From Octopus bimaculoides (taxonomy: Eukaryota), in contig NC_068993.1 of NCBI RefSeq assembly GCF_001194135.2, positions 35,869,148 to 35,933,147 on the forward strand: a stretch of DNA of 64,000 nt, given 5' to 3'. The notes under the pieces are model-generated. The model was given only the letters and a program-made list of their open reading frames with translations. It had not been told where the DNA came from and ran no database searches. Positions 51,091 through 64,000 of this stretch are shown in pieces (position 1 is the first letter of the stretch; each line of letters starts with the position of its first letter). Made by a program: the position numbers and the translations under genes.

Positions 51091-52868
51091 AACACAGACA
51101 CGAAGACACCCTCCGCACAGACATGTATGTGTGTGCAATATATGCATATATTTATACATATGTATGAATAACAAACGCGTTATCTCTGCTAAAGACTGTA
51201 CAATAATGTAAATGCATTTGTTCTGTACAAATGACGGGAAAAATAATCGAAGAGTTTTCTGAGGAACCGTTTCATAATGTGTTGATCATTTCTCAGACAA
51301 GGCATAACCAATCTCCTTCCCTGATCAATTTCAGAGAGTATTCAACTTCTATATATAGTGGCAGGTAACTATGCTAGTACACTGATAGAGAGCTTAATTT
51401 ACATGTTTATACTTAGATGGCTCGTCGTTATGTTACAATATATATTTTGTGCATAACATATGTACTGCAATAGATTTAAATAGTACAAAACCATTGGCTG
51501 TGATCAGGAACTGTGTGAGAAGGTAAACACATTCCTTCTATGGTGTTGATGTAGGGAAAAGCAAGTTGTTGCGGACTATCAATCGCATGTTTGAAGACAA
51601 AGTACTTTTAAACGTTTGCGTCTTCCCATCTGGTAGATCTAACACCTACACAACTATACTAGATGTAAATATTAAAATATGTTTCATTTCTAAAGGTCAG
51701 GTTAATTGTTTTATCAATAAAATATCTCAGACATTAATATATTTAGTAAATATTTCAGAAAATCAAAATTGAAAAGTTATCAATAAAACAAAAGATAGGC
51801 AATTCAGAACATAAAATATATTTAATTCTAATTTCTAGTTCTTTATACAAAAATATATTTGCCTGCTAAATTTTTTTCCTGAAAGTTTATTGAAACATCA
51901 AATTGAATTCATGATGTATATTTGATGTTACAAAATTGAACATGGTTTATGAATTGTTAACTATCTTAATGATAGCTGTCACGCTAGGTCATGCAACCAA
52001 CTCTGTTTGCATAATTACTTATTAATCTTCAACCACGAATGTCTCCTAGCAATGAAAATAAGTTCAACATAAACAGTATTCATATCAAGTCTGTGTTGAA
52101 GTTAAACAACTTTCCTTCTAACCTTCTCCATAAAATATCTGTACACTTTAATCACAAGAAAAATATGTTGGAATATTTTCCTCCTTTTACTAAGTTCACT
52201 TGTGCAGAAGAACTTTAATTCAACACAATATACGTGTGCGATATTTAAGAAATATAGAGAACCATATTATGTCACTGTTAACGTTATTAATGCTATAATA
52301 AAGATGTATGGAAATGTATGCCAGAAACGGTAGCGCACCAGACAAAATAAACTGCGTATTTAACTACATCACCTTACATTCTGAGTTCAAATGAGCTCAA
52401 TTACTCTTTGGATTTCATCCTTCTAAGTTCCATGATACAGTGGTGCTACTGCCCCATTGGCAATGATGTTACTAAAACTGTAGTGTACCAAACTAAATGT
52501 ATTTCAGTAATTAGTGTTATCTCTTCAAGATTTTTACATAACATCTTAAAGGGCCAAAGCACTTTCATAAGCTTACTTTCAATAAAATCAGAATCAGACA
52601 TATTTGTTGACACTAAGTAAACAAGGAATTAGGAGTCGTTGGAAATTTATGAACTCCAATCGAAAGAAACTTCCCACATCTACAAATTTGTGAACTTAGG
52701 TTAATGTAAGGAATATTTCTGTCGTAACCGTCCTCATTCGAAATCTTACCGGTATTGACTTTCATTCCTTCTAGGTTTCAAGAAAGCAAGAGACATGAAT
52801 TGGTAATGGTTCAATAAAATATATACAAAAATGTGGTGGTATGTATGTATGTATGTATGTATGTATGT

Positions 52869-53150
52869 CATTGTTCAGTTTTGTTTCAAGATTTCTTGCT
52901 AATAGAGAAAGAGCTGGTTTCTAACCTAGATCCAAGGCTCTTTCATTAGAATTTCAACATCAACAACAAGGTATTTTTGTATTTATGCATGTATGTATGT
53001 ATGTATGTATGTATGTATGTATGTATGTACGTATGTATGTATAGGTGCAGATTTGTACGGTTTGTTTTGTGTATGTGTTCTCATGCATATAGTTGGCATA
53101 TATAGATATACCCGTGTATATCTATATGATAAACTCCTGGAAAGTATGTG
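52869..53150 (-). mobile_element. 3' UTR-only copy of the (ACAT)n-associated R4 family
   Basis: TTTCTAACCTAGA.CC.AGGCTC.TTCATT.GAA.TTCAAC is shared with 27140-27200. (GTAT)n on both sides (52839-52868, about 53150-53172). Confidence 0.8.
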
Positions 53151-53607
53151 TGTATATATGTATGTATGTATGTACCAATTCTGAGTGTTAAACTATAAAG
53201 ATATCCCAGGAAAATTTCCTGGAAAAAATATGTAAATTTTCTTTAAGAGACCACCGCCCATAGTATAATGATGAATTTAAAACTTTAAGTACAAGTAAAA
53301 GCAATGTTTTTGGCCTGTTGTTGAGCTTCCAAGACTGGTATCAGTTGGAAACCGGAAAACTAGGCCGATTCTTGCAACAAGATAGATTCTTCTAAAGGCA
53401 TGCAAATTGCCGGGAGACAGATTTGCCCAGCTAGCTCGATACTATCTGCAAATCTTACCGACATATATACGTATACAAGTTATGTTTAATTCTTCCTAAA
53501 CTCACTGTACAAGTCTGTAAACATGCAGTGGTACGTGCGTACACATTTATACAACCACACATATATAAGAATAAAGACTGTTATATATATATATCTATAT
53601 ATATCTA

Positions 53608-53665
<58 letters not shown>

Positions 53666-55754
53666 TACATATATACACATATATATGTATGTATGCATAT
53701 ATGTATGCACATATGTATTTATATATGTATGTACGTATGTATATACACAATAAATACCTAGATGTTTAGATCCACACATTCAAAAATGGAATTGATCTAC
53801 TTCAAGTGAATATCAGTTTATGCCTGAAGGCTAGAATGGATTCCGAAATTCCAATATCTTCATATCTAATATTTTGTTTAGTTTCCTTGTACAAGTTTTC
53901 CCAAATCATTTATTAATGGTCCATAGAGCTACGAACGCTTGAAACGTCTCGGTGAGATTGTGTTATATACACAATAATACTGGGAGCACCTGTTATCTTT
54001 GAAAATAGTGTTTGTGGGTGTGTAACGATTGTAAGGGTGGAAGCCCACTTGCACCAGTAATTAATAGTATCTACTTAATCAAAGGTATCAATATTTCTAG
54101 TTGTTATTGCAGTTGTAATCAGCCCCCCAGATTCACCATACTTCAATAGACGTATGTACAAACTTTAGTTCTGTGTATCTCATAATTTTGTCAAAAACTA
54201 CATAATGTAATGTGTCCCTATTTTAGAAAATCAATGAGATGCCACTTCATTCAGGTTCATTGACCCTGTAGAGGTTCTCTCCTTGGCTAATTGTCTTTTA
54301 TTTCTCTGTGCTGTCAACTAGTACCAGTAATACATTGATCATGACTCACTCGACTGTATTACTCTCCTACAAACATCTACTTCACAGTTATTCAAAGAGA
54401 ATTAAATACAACTCAACGGAACAGTGTCCTTTATCATTTAATGCTTAAATATAGAGTAGACATTACTTGGTCGCTTCAAATTGCTGTTTCTATTATTTTA
54501 TCAATGAATATTTATTGATTTCAGTACACTTAAGTCTCTTACAAGGAGCACTTACAATTACCTCTCCATGCTATTGTCTTTAAAAATAAGCAGACACACT
54601 TGCTCTTTCAATGAAACAAAAACAGCAATAATTCTTCTGTATTAAAATTAGTATTCTTTCTGCGCCATTTTCAGTATCAGTCGCAATAGTAGAGATGTTA
54701 CTGAAGATAAAAAGAAAATGCAGATATCTTCAATGCTGTGTATTAATCCAGTAGACATACGTTTGTATACTGCTATAAATTCTTGTCGGAATATGTATGG
54801 GAATAGTATGATTCTATTTATATTTAATTCATGTGTTGTGCGTGTAGATGCATGCGTACGTGTCTGGGTGTGAGTGTTCGCGTGTCTCTATATCTGAGTG
54901 CGTGTGTTAGCGTGTATTTGTGTTTATTCGTTTTGTATTCTTCATAGAAAACAGACTGCTGTTCATTGAAACAGAATGTTCATGTGCATCACATATACTA
55001 TTCCTGGTACTATGTCTTCAAATGACTTGAGGAATTTTTGAGAGACATTATTCATAAAAATGAATTGTCTAACAATTTTGCGTAATTTCTTTCGCTTTTT
55101 GCAACAATTAAAGGATACAATGATTTACAAAATTAATATAATTTACAATAGATAGTGTAGCTAATTGGTTTTGTACGAAACTATAGCAGAGGTGTAGTGG
55201 AGGGAAATATTCCTTCTTCATACATCATATTTGTTTATATTTATTTTCATTTTTTGTAGATGCCTGTATTATTTATATTGGAAACAACTTAATCTCTATG
55301 GATCTAACGTGTTTTCATGCGAAGCATTGTGATCTTTTTTTCTTTTATTGTATCTGTTGTGCGATTAAGAGTTATCAACATAGATTTATGTGGTATTCAC
55401 TGCTCGGGTACACACCCTTTCGCAGAAAATTGTTTAGAGACTCCGGTGTGTCCACTGGAGGCTGGACAAATCTTTCGATAGTTTTTGTTCTTTACTTTTT
55501 TCTGAAAAGTAACGACCATCTATGACAGATAATTCTCCATAAAAGCTTTGAACTCATCAGATCAATTGTTATCATCTATTATTATTGCTTTACTTCTTAG
55601 AACGTTCGGTCTTGTTTGTTCTGGTAGATTCTGTGAGAACGCACAGCAGCCTGCTGTCAGAGAGGTCTCACATAGTCTCTTTCCGCACATTGTAAGCTTT
55701 GATACTCGGTTGTTAATTTTTCATGAGAGACATTCAACACCCAGGTATCAATAT

Positions 55755-56103
55755 CAAAATCCAGTGGACGAACTTGGCCACGTAATCGTGCCTCCTTTTA
55801 TAGTGCTTTTGAGCCACCTTGCTACATTCGCTCACAATATGTGAGATTGTTTCTTTTTGCTACCACACATCCAACAAAGGGTGATTCGCTGCTCTCATCA
55901 ATTTGGAACTTGATGTAATTTTAGTTCTCAGAGTTTGTTCCTGAGCGCTGCATATTAATGCCTCAGTGCATCCTTTAAAATAACTTTTTCTTAGCCATCT
56001 CCAAGTGTTGGTCTTGTCTTTTCCTTCGATTTCTCTGAGATATTGTTCATGCAGTGATTTCGTTTTCCAACTGTTTATTCTTTCTTCTTCACATTCTTTC
56101 TTG
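55755..56103 (-). mobile_element. R4/Dong-clade fragment (post-RT and zinc knuckle)
   Basis: WKTKSLHEQYLRE..TWRWLRK...TEALICSAQEQTLRT...CWMCG..ETISHIVSECSKVAQKHYKRRHDYVAKFVHW. Its 5' end abuts (TAA)/(TGA)n at 56104-56160. Confidence 0.9.
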
Positions 56104-56160
56104 AATTATTATTATTATTATTATTATTATCATTATCATCATCATCATCATCATCATTAT

Positions 56161-57120
56161 ACGATAGGTATTGCATGATGCTTTATTTGGCGGGAATGTT
56201 GTTTTGAGGTTTGATAACTACAAATCTTAAATCTACTCAAATCTCAAGAATCTTTTTCTTGGGATTATTGCACAATACAGAATCTTTTCTACTCTAGGCA
56301 CAAAGCCTGAAATTTTTGGAGAGGATTCCAGTCGGTTAGATCAACCCCAGTACGCAACTGTTACTTAATTTATCGACCCCGAAAGGATTAAAAGGCAAAG
56401 TCGACCTCAGCGGGATTTGAACTCAGAACGTAAAGATAGAAGAAATACCGCTAAGTATTTCGCCCGGCGTGCGAACGTTTCTGCCAGCTCGCCGCCTTTA
56501 TTGCACAATACAAAATGGCACTTTTCTGTAGATCGATTAAACATTTTTCAGTTCCAGTATCCATCTGTATCTTAGGTAGCAGCTTTGATGTTATGCCAAG
56601 TGCACCAATTACCATAGGAACAATTGCCACCTTTGTCGTCCAGAATCATTTCATCTCTCAGATTAAGCCCTGATATTTCTCAATTTTCTAAATTTATTCG
56701 GCATCCACTCTGCTATCATACGGCATTACAATGTCTATAACAAGACACTGTTCATTTTTTTGTATTTTATTTTTGTCCTCTATATTCATATCTGGTCTCC
56801 TTGCTTCAACAATATGAAGGTTTTCTGAAGAAAATCCCATAACATCTTGTAACAATTATTCACCATCACAGCCTCTGAATCAAGTTCGCTCCCCTTTCCT
56901 ATCATTTTGAATCCACACACTCAGCTAACATCTCAAAGCACTCTTTTACCGACACAGTCGTACATACTTATATCTTTTTGTGCTATATGCTTAATACTTT
57001 CGTTTCCTTTCCCACAGATTCTGTATTTCCACTCTGGCTGAGTTTTATCAGTTTTTACCTTGCGACACTTTAGATTATGAGTTTAGATTCCAGTGGGTCA
57101 ACTTTTTCTTTCATCCTTTC
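56161..57120 (-). mobile_element. R4/Dong-clade 3' end interrupted by a SINE
   Basis: KMLWDF...CLVIDIVMPYD...KIEKYQ...AIVPMVIGALG...QKSAIL, then a 3' UTR ending in the (TGA)/(TAA) tract. Confidence 0.8.
56280..56497 (-). mobile_element. SINE family A, tail variant 2, with 15-bp TSD
   Basis: TSD TTATTGCACAATACA at 56265-56279 and 56498-56512. Complete head and central domain. Confidence 0.95.
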
Positions 57121-60100
57121 GTGGCCAATAAAATAAAGCACCAAGTAAGTTATAGGATCAATACTATTGACTTGCCCCCTATCCTTAAAATTGTTTGCCT
57201 TCTGTCAAAATTAGAAAGAAGAATTATTATAGTCATTATCGCTGCTGTTGGTGGTGATGTTGTTATTAATGTTCTGTATTATCAATACACTTCCTTTAAA
57301 TCACTCGTAAGTTTTGTTTGTTTCAGCAGTATTTTAAAAGTCTATTTTGAAACTTTAGTTATTTGCTGTTGCTAAACTGTCCAGGATCCTAAGGAACTGG
57401 TCAGTTGTTTTGTTTTCACTCTTCGAAACGAAATTTACTAATTTGTACTGGGACTTTCCCATTTAAAAAAAGAAATCAAAACCTGATGCCGAAATTTTTG
57501 ACAGAATACCCAAGGGTACAGCAATCTTCATGCTATTTCCTCCATTTTCACCCAAATTTTATCACCACCAAAGCCGGCAGAAACAACAACAACGGCAATG
57601 GCAACTAAAATGAAATGGATGATGACAATGACACCCCCACTATAGCCCTGTTACAATAAATAACAGCAACAACAACAACATTGAAAATGAGAAATACAAA
57701 ACTGAATAGTAACAACATTACCAATAGTGTCAGTACAGCCGCTACCGCCGCTGCCGCCGCACTGACCAGTGTTAATATAATACCATTAATAATGTCAATA
57801 TCGTCGCTAGCAAACCGGTTGTTAAGGTTTTGCTGACGCGGTTTTAATGCAAGAATCAATTTCTCTATCTTCACAGGATTTGTGAAAATGCCAAAAAAAT
57901 AAATTAGCTAGGTTTGGAGAATTAATATCCATAAACATACGGAAACAGATCTAGAAGAACACACAGGAAAAAGTATTGTGTGTAGGTGTGTAGTACTAAA
58001 GTTCACAAAAGTGCAGTTATCGAAAATAAAAAATCCAACTGAAAAGTGCCTTAAACTAACATGAGACATCAAAATTTCCATTGCGCGACAGAAAACTTCG
58101 GCAAAGAAGAGTTGAGATTTCCAACCATGAATGAGGACAGGAAGAATTCTATAACACTCATTAAGAATGATGGACTGGTCCTCTCCTCGAAGCGATCTAC
58201 CGCGATCGAAGAGTTGTAACAATAAAGATGACGCCCCTCTCTGTAATGGGAATTAGATAAATTTACTGAGCAGCAAGGAAATATGAAAACGAGTAACTGG
58301 CATTTTTGCCAAGAGAGCAGTGAAAATAAAGGAAATGTCCCTGTTAGCGACAGAAACTCGAGACATTGCAGTAAAGCTGATATCTTTTACAGATTGAAAG
58401 CTTGTCAAAATATGTTTATTGGCAATTAGGGCCATTGTTTGTCGTAAAAAGGAAATATTTATATGTATTTAGAATAAGATATCTGCAAAGAAGATCACAT
58501 GACTAAGAAATGTCGGCGAATGTTTAAATTTGTTTAAGAAATTATTGCAAAGATATACCTTGTTTCCTATTGCGTTTTTCTTTAAGTTGAGCTTATTGGG
58601 AGCACACATTTGAGAAACACTGATAGCTGTGTTTAAAATGACGTTAATGTATCGAAATTAATTAAAATCACAACTAATGATATTCCAGCAGTGGTAGGAC
58701 AGAAAGAAAAGAATCATAGCATTTCTTCAAGGACAAATCGAAAGCCTCAAAATCGCACAGAAATTGGATAAAATTCTTTTCAATATCCACATCCTTGAAA
58801 TTATACCAAATCTTTGAAACTAAAAAAAAATGTTGTAGATTTTTTTTTTTTTCCTGAATACAGTAAATATGATCGAACGTATGTCATGAATAAAATCGCT
58901 CTCAGTTTGAGCAGTTTGTTGGATACGGAGATAAAATATGGGTACCTCCTTATTTCTGCAATATACGCTAGATTAACCAACGCCAATGATGCAAAAAGTA
59001 TTTTCATTGCAAGAAGTAGTGACAATATTCATTGAAAGTAGAAATTTGGGTAGTTCACCACAATCATACTTCTGGTTAATTTGCAAATTTGGTATTTCTC
59101 GTGAACATTACATTATAAATCAATTTGTATAAACATATAATGCGAGATGTGTAATTATATTGTCGCATTTAACAGAACGTTGTAATTGTGGGTACACCAG
59201 CTTCAGGAAGAGAAGTGCATGACATTCTTTTTCACTTCTTAAAAAAGTGAAGATGATTTTTACACTTTGGGATTACGGTCCATGAATTAAGAAATGAATT
59301 ATGAAAAAAGTTCTCATCCTTTTTTATTTGTTTGTTTGTTTTTTCGTTTTGTTTTGTTTTTTGCTTGCATGCAAATTAGTTCAAGCCTATTTAATTTAAG
59401 GTGAAAGTGGACAATGCATCAGGGAATTAAAAAAATGGAATTAATTAATTAAGATGGTTTTGACGATATATTGATATCAGAAATTAATTCTGAAGATGTG
59501 TCACTATTTGACTTCTATAAAGAAAATATATTCACCCAAGCATGAAGTTTTCTAACTTAATCATCCACTCGAAAATGTGATGGAATTATTGTTTGGCAGC
59601 ATTTATCTGTGTGAGCAATTATTTTCATAAATGGATCGCAAGAACCATTTGAGAACAAAAGTGACTGATGCTCACCTGGATAATAAAGTCTTCCTATAAA
59701 GATTAATGCCCAATTTGGAGGCGCTTTCAAACAACATACATACATAGCATCAACTTAAACGTTTTCCGTCGAAATTTAATTTTCTTTCCTAATATAATGA
59801 ATTTCCCACTATCTAATACGTCATGTTTATGCTTTTTTTATGCCCTTTTCAGTCGATTCAAATGATACCTAATTTAAATAAATTGCTGCTAATTCGAGTT
59901 CTTTTCGTACTAATTAGCATCCATCACTAAACAAAAATGATTGACAAACATGCATCATTCATTAGTTTAAGGAAAATTATAGTTACATCTATTTAAAAGG
60001 ATGAGGCTTCTAATATTTCAAAATTCATATTTCTTGTGACACTTATCTAATCCACCATCTGCTCCATAAATATGAGAATTCTGCCATGGGTGCAAAACAA

Positions 60101-60299
60101 AATTGCTAATCTCTGTAAAATTTCTTCCTTTGAAGCATAACCCTCTGTAAAATATTCCAGCTGAATATCGTACCAGCGGACAAGTGAGCCACTATAAAAG
60201 CACTTTATCTGCTAGAAATAAAAGCTATACTCTCTCAAATCCTACCTAACCGTTGTAAATTGGACAATAGGGCCTTCTTCTGCTACTTCTTTATCGTCT

Positions 60300-60690
60300 T
60301 CTTAGACCCTCTTTTTCATTTCCATAAAATGTTGTCGATAACATAAGAGATGCTGAACCTTAGAATCTGGCTAATCTATTTTTACTGCTGGTTCCTATCC
60401 ATGGCGAAATCAACAACTTCAATAAGACTAATATCACATCTTTTTATATCCTCTCTAATTCAGGAATGGTCTATCTTTAATAAAGCCTCACCAAAACTTT
60501 ATAACTTTATTTTTGTGACTTAAAAGACTTTCTGGTTGTATTTTGGTTTTCATTATGTTCAAACTGAATCAGCCTTTTCGAAAATGCTATCAGCTGATAA
60601 AATATGTATTATGACAATTGACCATCCTTGTATTACTCCCACGTGTATAAAAATACAGGATAGTCACGAACAGACCATCTTTTGCAATAA
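60300..60690 (-). mobile_element. Highly degenerate RTE-like LINE fragment
   Basis: FIHVGVIQG (compare F.I..GV.QG) and IREDIKRCDISLIEVVDFAMDRNQ (compare W...I..D......A.DR..W). Confidence 0.4.
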
Positions 60691-60734
60691 ATCTCTTCAT
60701 ACAGAACTTATCAAATTCAAAATAATTGTTACAA

Positions 60735-61170
60735 ATTTTGGCAAAAGACGTGCAATATTGGGGCAAAGTGTTAGTCGATTACATCAACCCCCAATACTTA
60801 CTGGTATTTACTTCATCGATCCGGGAAGGATTAAAAGCAAAGTCGACTTCGGTAGAATTTGAACTCAGAACGGAAAGACGGATAAAATGCTGCTAAGCAT
60901 TTTGTCCTGCGTGCTAACAATTTTGGCAGCTCGCTGCCTTTTCCTAGGCCGAAATAATCCTTTCTGTTATAGGCACACAGCCTGAAATTTTGGGGGAAAG
61001 GGCCAGTCGATTACATTGATTCCAGTGTTCAACTGGTAGTTATTTTATCGACTCCGAAAGGATGAAAGGCAAAGTAGATCTTGGCAGAATTTGAACTCAG
61101 AACGTAACGGCGGNNNNNNNNNNTAAGCATTTTTCTTGGCGTGCTTACAATTATGCCAGCTCGCCTCCTT
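60735..61170 (-). mobile_element. Two tandem SINE family A copies (60735-60940, 60959-61170)
   Basis: Each has the central domain and an AAGG..GCGAGCTG.CA head on the minus strand. Confidence 0.88.
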
Positions 61171-62159
61171 TCCTTGGGTCTAAATAATAACAGCCAATTA
61201 TGTGAAACTATGACTCCCCACGAGGCGGTGGATACGATAAAATCTTGGATAGTATACATTTATACACGTCCTTTTATGTACCTTCAAATCCTGCCGAGTT
61301 TTATGCTTGGTTTTCATCCCCTTTTGATCGATAAAATAAATACCAGATATGCATTGAGATTTTCTTCCTGTAAAAGTTATTAATGATCGGTAAAAAAAGA
61401 AAAAATGCTGCCAAATCTTTTCCGATTGATTCAATAAAAGTAATTACCAGTCCATTCATAAATTATAGACTTTTATCTTTATTAGCTGATATTTTTTTCT
61501 TTTTTAAATATGCCAAATATTATTTTTTTTCTATAAAAAATTTAGATAAATGAAATGTATTGCTTCACTTCCTTTATCGTTGATACACAAGAAATGGTAA
61601 TTTATTCTATTTGATTTGAGAGTTAACAAAACAAGATCTGTGAAGTTCATGTGTTTTAGAGGGTTAATTACATCAACATAAATATAGCAAATACATTGAA
61701 AAATCGAAGCAGATTCGCCAACAAAGTTCTTTTACCCTTTAATTAACGACATTTTTATAGAATTTATTTGTGAACACTTGCGTTGTTGTGATAAGAATTC
61801 TAATTGACCACTCACTAGTTCACTTGTTACGTAAAATAACAGTTTTCAATACGTTGACCTTTATATTATTCTTATATAACATAACCTGACTGTCCATTGC
61901 TATGATGGCGGTAATGGGGATTGTAGTTTATTTACCAGATCAAATGTCCCATAAGTCAGGCATTATTCTAAAATGAATGTAATGTTAAATGCTGCTTTAG
62001 TTATGAAACATCTGGTGCAGTTTCTATATTGATTTCATTGAAATATTTCCAAAGGTTCTGCATTTTTCGATATGGAAAGAATTTCGTTGTATTGTTCATG
62101 CTTTTTTTCTGTAGTACACTATACACTCATTAGATGTACCAATAATATTTCTCTTGCCC

Positions 62160-62365
62160 AAGGCGGCGAGCTGACAGAATCGTTAGCACGCCGGGTTAAA
62201 TGCTTAGCGGCATTCCCTCCGTGTATACGTTCTGAGTTCAAATTCCGCCGGGGTTGACTTTGCCTTTCATCCTTTCGAGTTCAATAAAATGATTACTACT
62301 TGAGTTCTGGGGTCGATGTAATCGATTAACCCCGAAATTGCTGTGCTTGTGCCAAGATTATGAAT
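62160..62365 (+). mobile_element. SINE family A
   Basis: AAGGCGGCGAGCTGACAGAATCGTTAG...GAGTTCAAATTCCGCC...GCCTTTCATCCTTTCG. Confidence 0.9.
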
Positions 62366-62524
62366 CAATTTCCTCTTGCTCTATGGTATATATAGTTTTT
62401 TTGTTTTTGTTTTTTGTTTTTTCTTATTTTGTTTACTACACCACTTGCTCATTAGGGCAGTTACCACGTATGCGTGGCTTATAAGTGATCGAGATCGCAT
62501 TTCCCTTGAACGGGATGCAGACCC

Positions 62525-62733
62525 GTTGCAGGGTTCAAAACTGCTTTTGAGGGGAGGGGAGCAAGTCTATTACATCGACCCCAGTATTTGCCTGGTACGT
62601 TATTTCATCGGCCCGGAAAGAATGAAATTTAAAGTTGATCACGAAGTGCTTTGAACTCAGAACGTAAAAACCTGGAAGAAATGTTGCTAAGCACTTTGTC
62701 AGATATGCTAATGATTCTGCCAGGTTGACACCT
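62525..62733 (-). mobile_element. SINE family A
   Basis: Reverse complement of the head and central domain (TACATCGACCCCAGT...TTGAACTCAGAACGTAA). Confidence 0.85.
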
Positions 62734-62984
62734 TATATACTTCTATACAGTTTAATATTTGGAAACCAATAATAAAAGTTGATTCCACATCATATAAAAA
62801 AAAAAATAAGCTCTAGCGTTGGCAAGAAGGGCAGGGATTCTAACTAGAAAAGTGTTTTGAAGTTTATATATAGATTTAACTGTTTAATACCTAACATTGT
62901 GATCTTGTAACCGATATGTGATGTGAGGTTTTGTGACATGAATGCTAGTGTCTCTATACATTTGGATCCGATATTGTTAGATTT

Positions 62985-63020
<36 letters not shown>

Positions 63021-63421
63021 CTTATATCTCCCTCTTTCTTTCTCTCTCTCTCTCTCTCCTTATTTCTCCCCATTTTCTGTCTCTCTCTCTCTTTCTCTTT
63101 CTCTCTCATTCTGCATTTCCCACTATATCTTTCACTTGTTCTCTCTCTTTCTTATTCCCATTCTATCACTCCACATTCTCATTTTTAACTTTCTTTTTCT
63201 GTCTACCACTTTCTCTTTTTCCCTCTTTCTCACTCTTTATCTTTCACTCTCACTGATTCTCTCTCTCCCTCTCCCTCTCTCTCTCTCTCATTCTGTCTCC
63301 CCGGCTCTACATCTCTCATTCTCTACCTCTCTTCCTCACTCTATATCTCTCATTCGATTTTTCACTGTCCTTCTTTCTCTGTCTTGCCTTCCCTCCTCTA
63401 ACTCTCACTCTTTCTTTTTGA

Positions 63422-63462
<41 letters not shown>

Positions 63463-63754
63463 TTTCACACTCTATAACTCCTATTGTGTCTCTCACTGTC
63501 ACTCCCTTATCGATGACTATAGCTACTAATATAAAGATTCTACCACACCCAACAGCCTTTTCTCCCACTCTCTTACTCTCATCTATCTATCTATCTTTCT
63601 TTCACTTTAAATCTCTCATTTAACTTTCTCTCCCTCTCTTTCTCACTTTGTCTTCTATGCTATTTCTCCCTACCATTCCTTTTCTGTCTTCCCTTCTGTT
63701 TCTCTTTCTCTATTTCTTTTCTGTCTTTCTTTCTCTCTCTCTTTCACTTTCTTT

Positions 63755-63789
<35 letters not shown>

Positions 63790-63830
63790 GTCGCGCACGC
63801 CGTCTCTCTATACCTCTCTCTATCTCCATC
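62985..63830. repeat. ~850-bp CT-rich polypyrimidine low-complexity tract
   Basis: Read directly: degenerate (CT)n, with purines largely confined to the minus strand. Confidence 0.93.
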
Positions 63831-64000
63831 TACCTCACTATGACAATTCTACCAACATGAATACATTAATACATTTGTGATTTCAAGAATCACTTATCCA
63901 TCAACATCAAGATATAATCTGATAGAATAAACAAAACAAATAAAAACAAATACACGACTAAATACAATAGAAAAGAATTAAAGATTCCAAGTTAATGTGG

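Noticed and set aside
57605-57874. Transmembrane-looking 89-aa ORF
   Set aside because: Its hydrophobicity comes from GTT/GCG triplet runs, and there is no supported splice or start context.
62923-63477. 184-aa Leu/Ser/Phe-rich ORF, and similar ORFs at 21685-22155 and 35997-36350
   Set aside because: They are translations of CT-rich low-complexity DNA.

Overview
AT-rich, microsatellite-dense metazoan intronic/intergenic DNA with 12 N-gaps. The SINE, LINE and microsatellite repertoire looks like a coleoid cephalopod (Octopus-like); that assignment is recognition from memory, not a search. No host gene, rRNA, true tRNA or CRISPR array can be supported, and the long ORFs in the track come from N-gaps or microsatellites. 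The window is a layered record of transposons: (1) R4/Dong-clade RLE non-LTR retrotransposon pieces sitting in (TAA)n or (ACAT)n tracts; (2) RTE LINE fragments; (3) a full-length decayed mariner (33144-34428) with a Helitron inserted exactly between its right TIR and its TA duplication, plus a second deleted mariner; (4) a decayed Gypsy RNaseH-integrase segment; (5) at least four tRNA-derived SINE families, two copies with clear TSDs; (6) a long-TIR foldback family. The most unusual structure is a 226-bp spacer-less palindrome with only 3 mismatches (30974-31199). Weaker leads are a hammerhead-like motif in permuted order inside a tandem repeat, a possible recursive splice site, and several frame-compatible candidate exons of an unrecognised gene. 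Element boundaries without TSD or TIR evidence are approximate.
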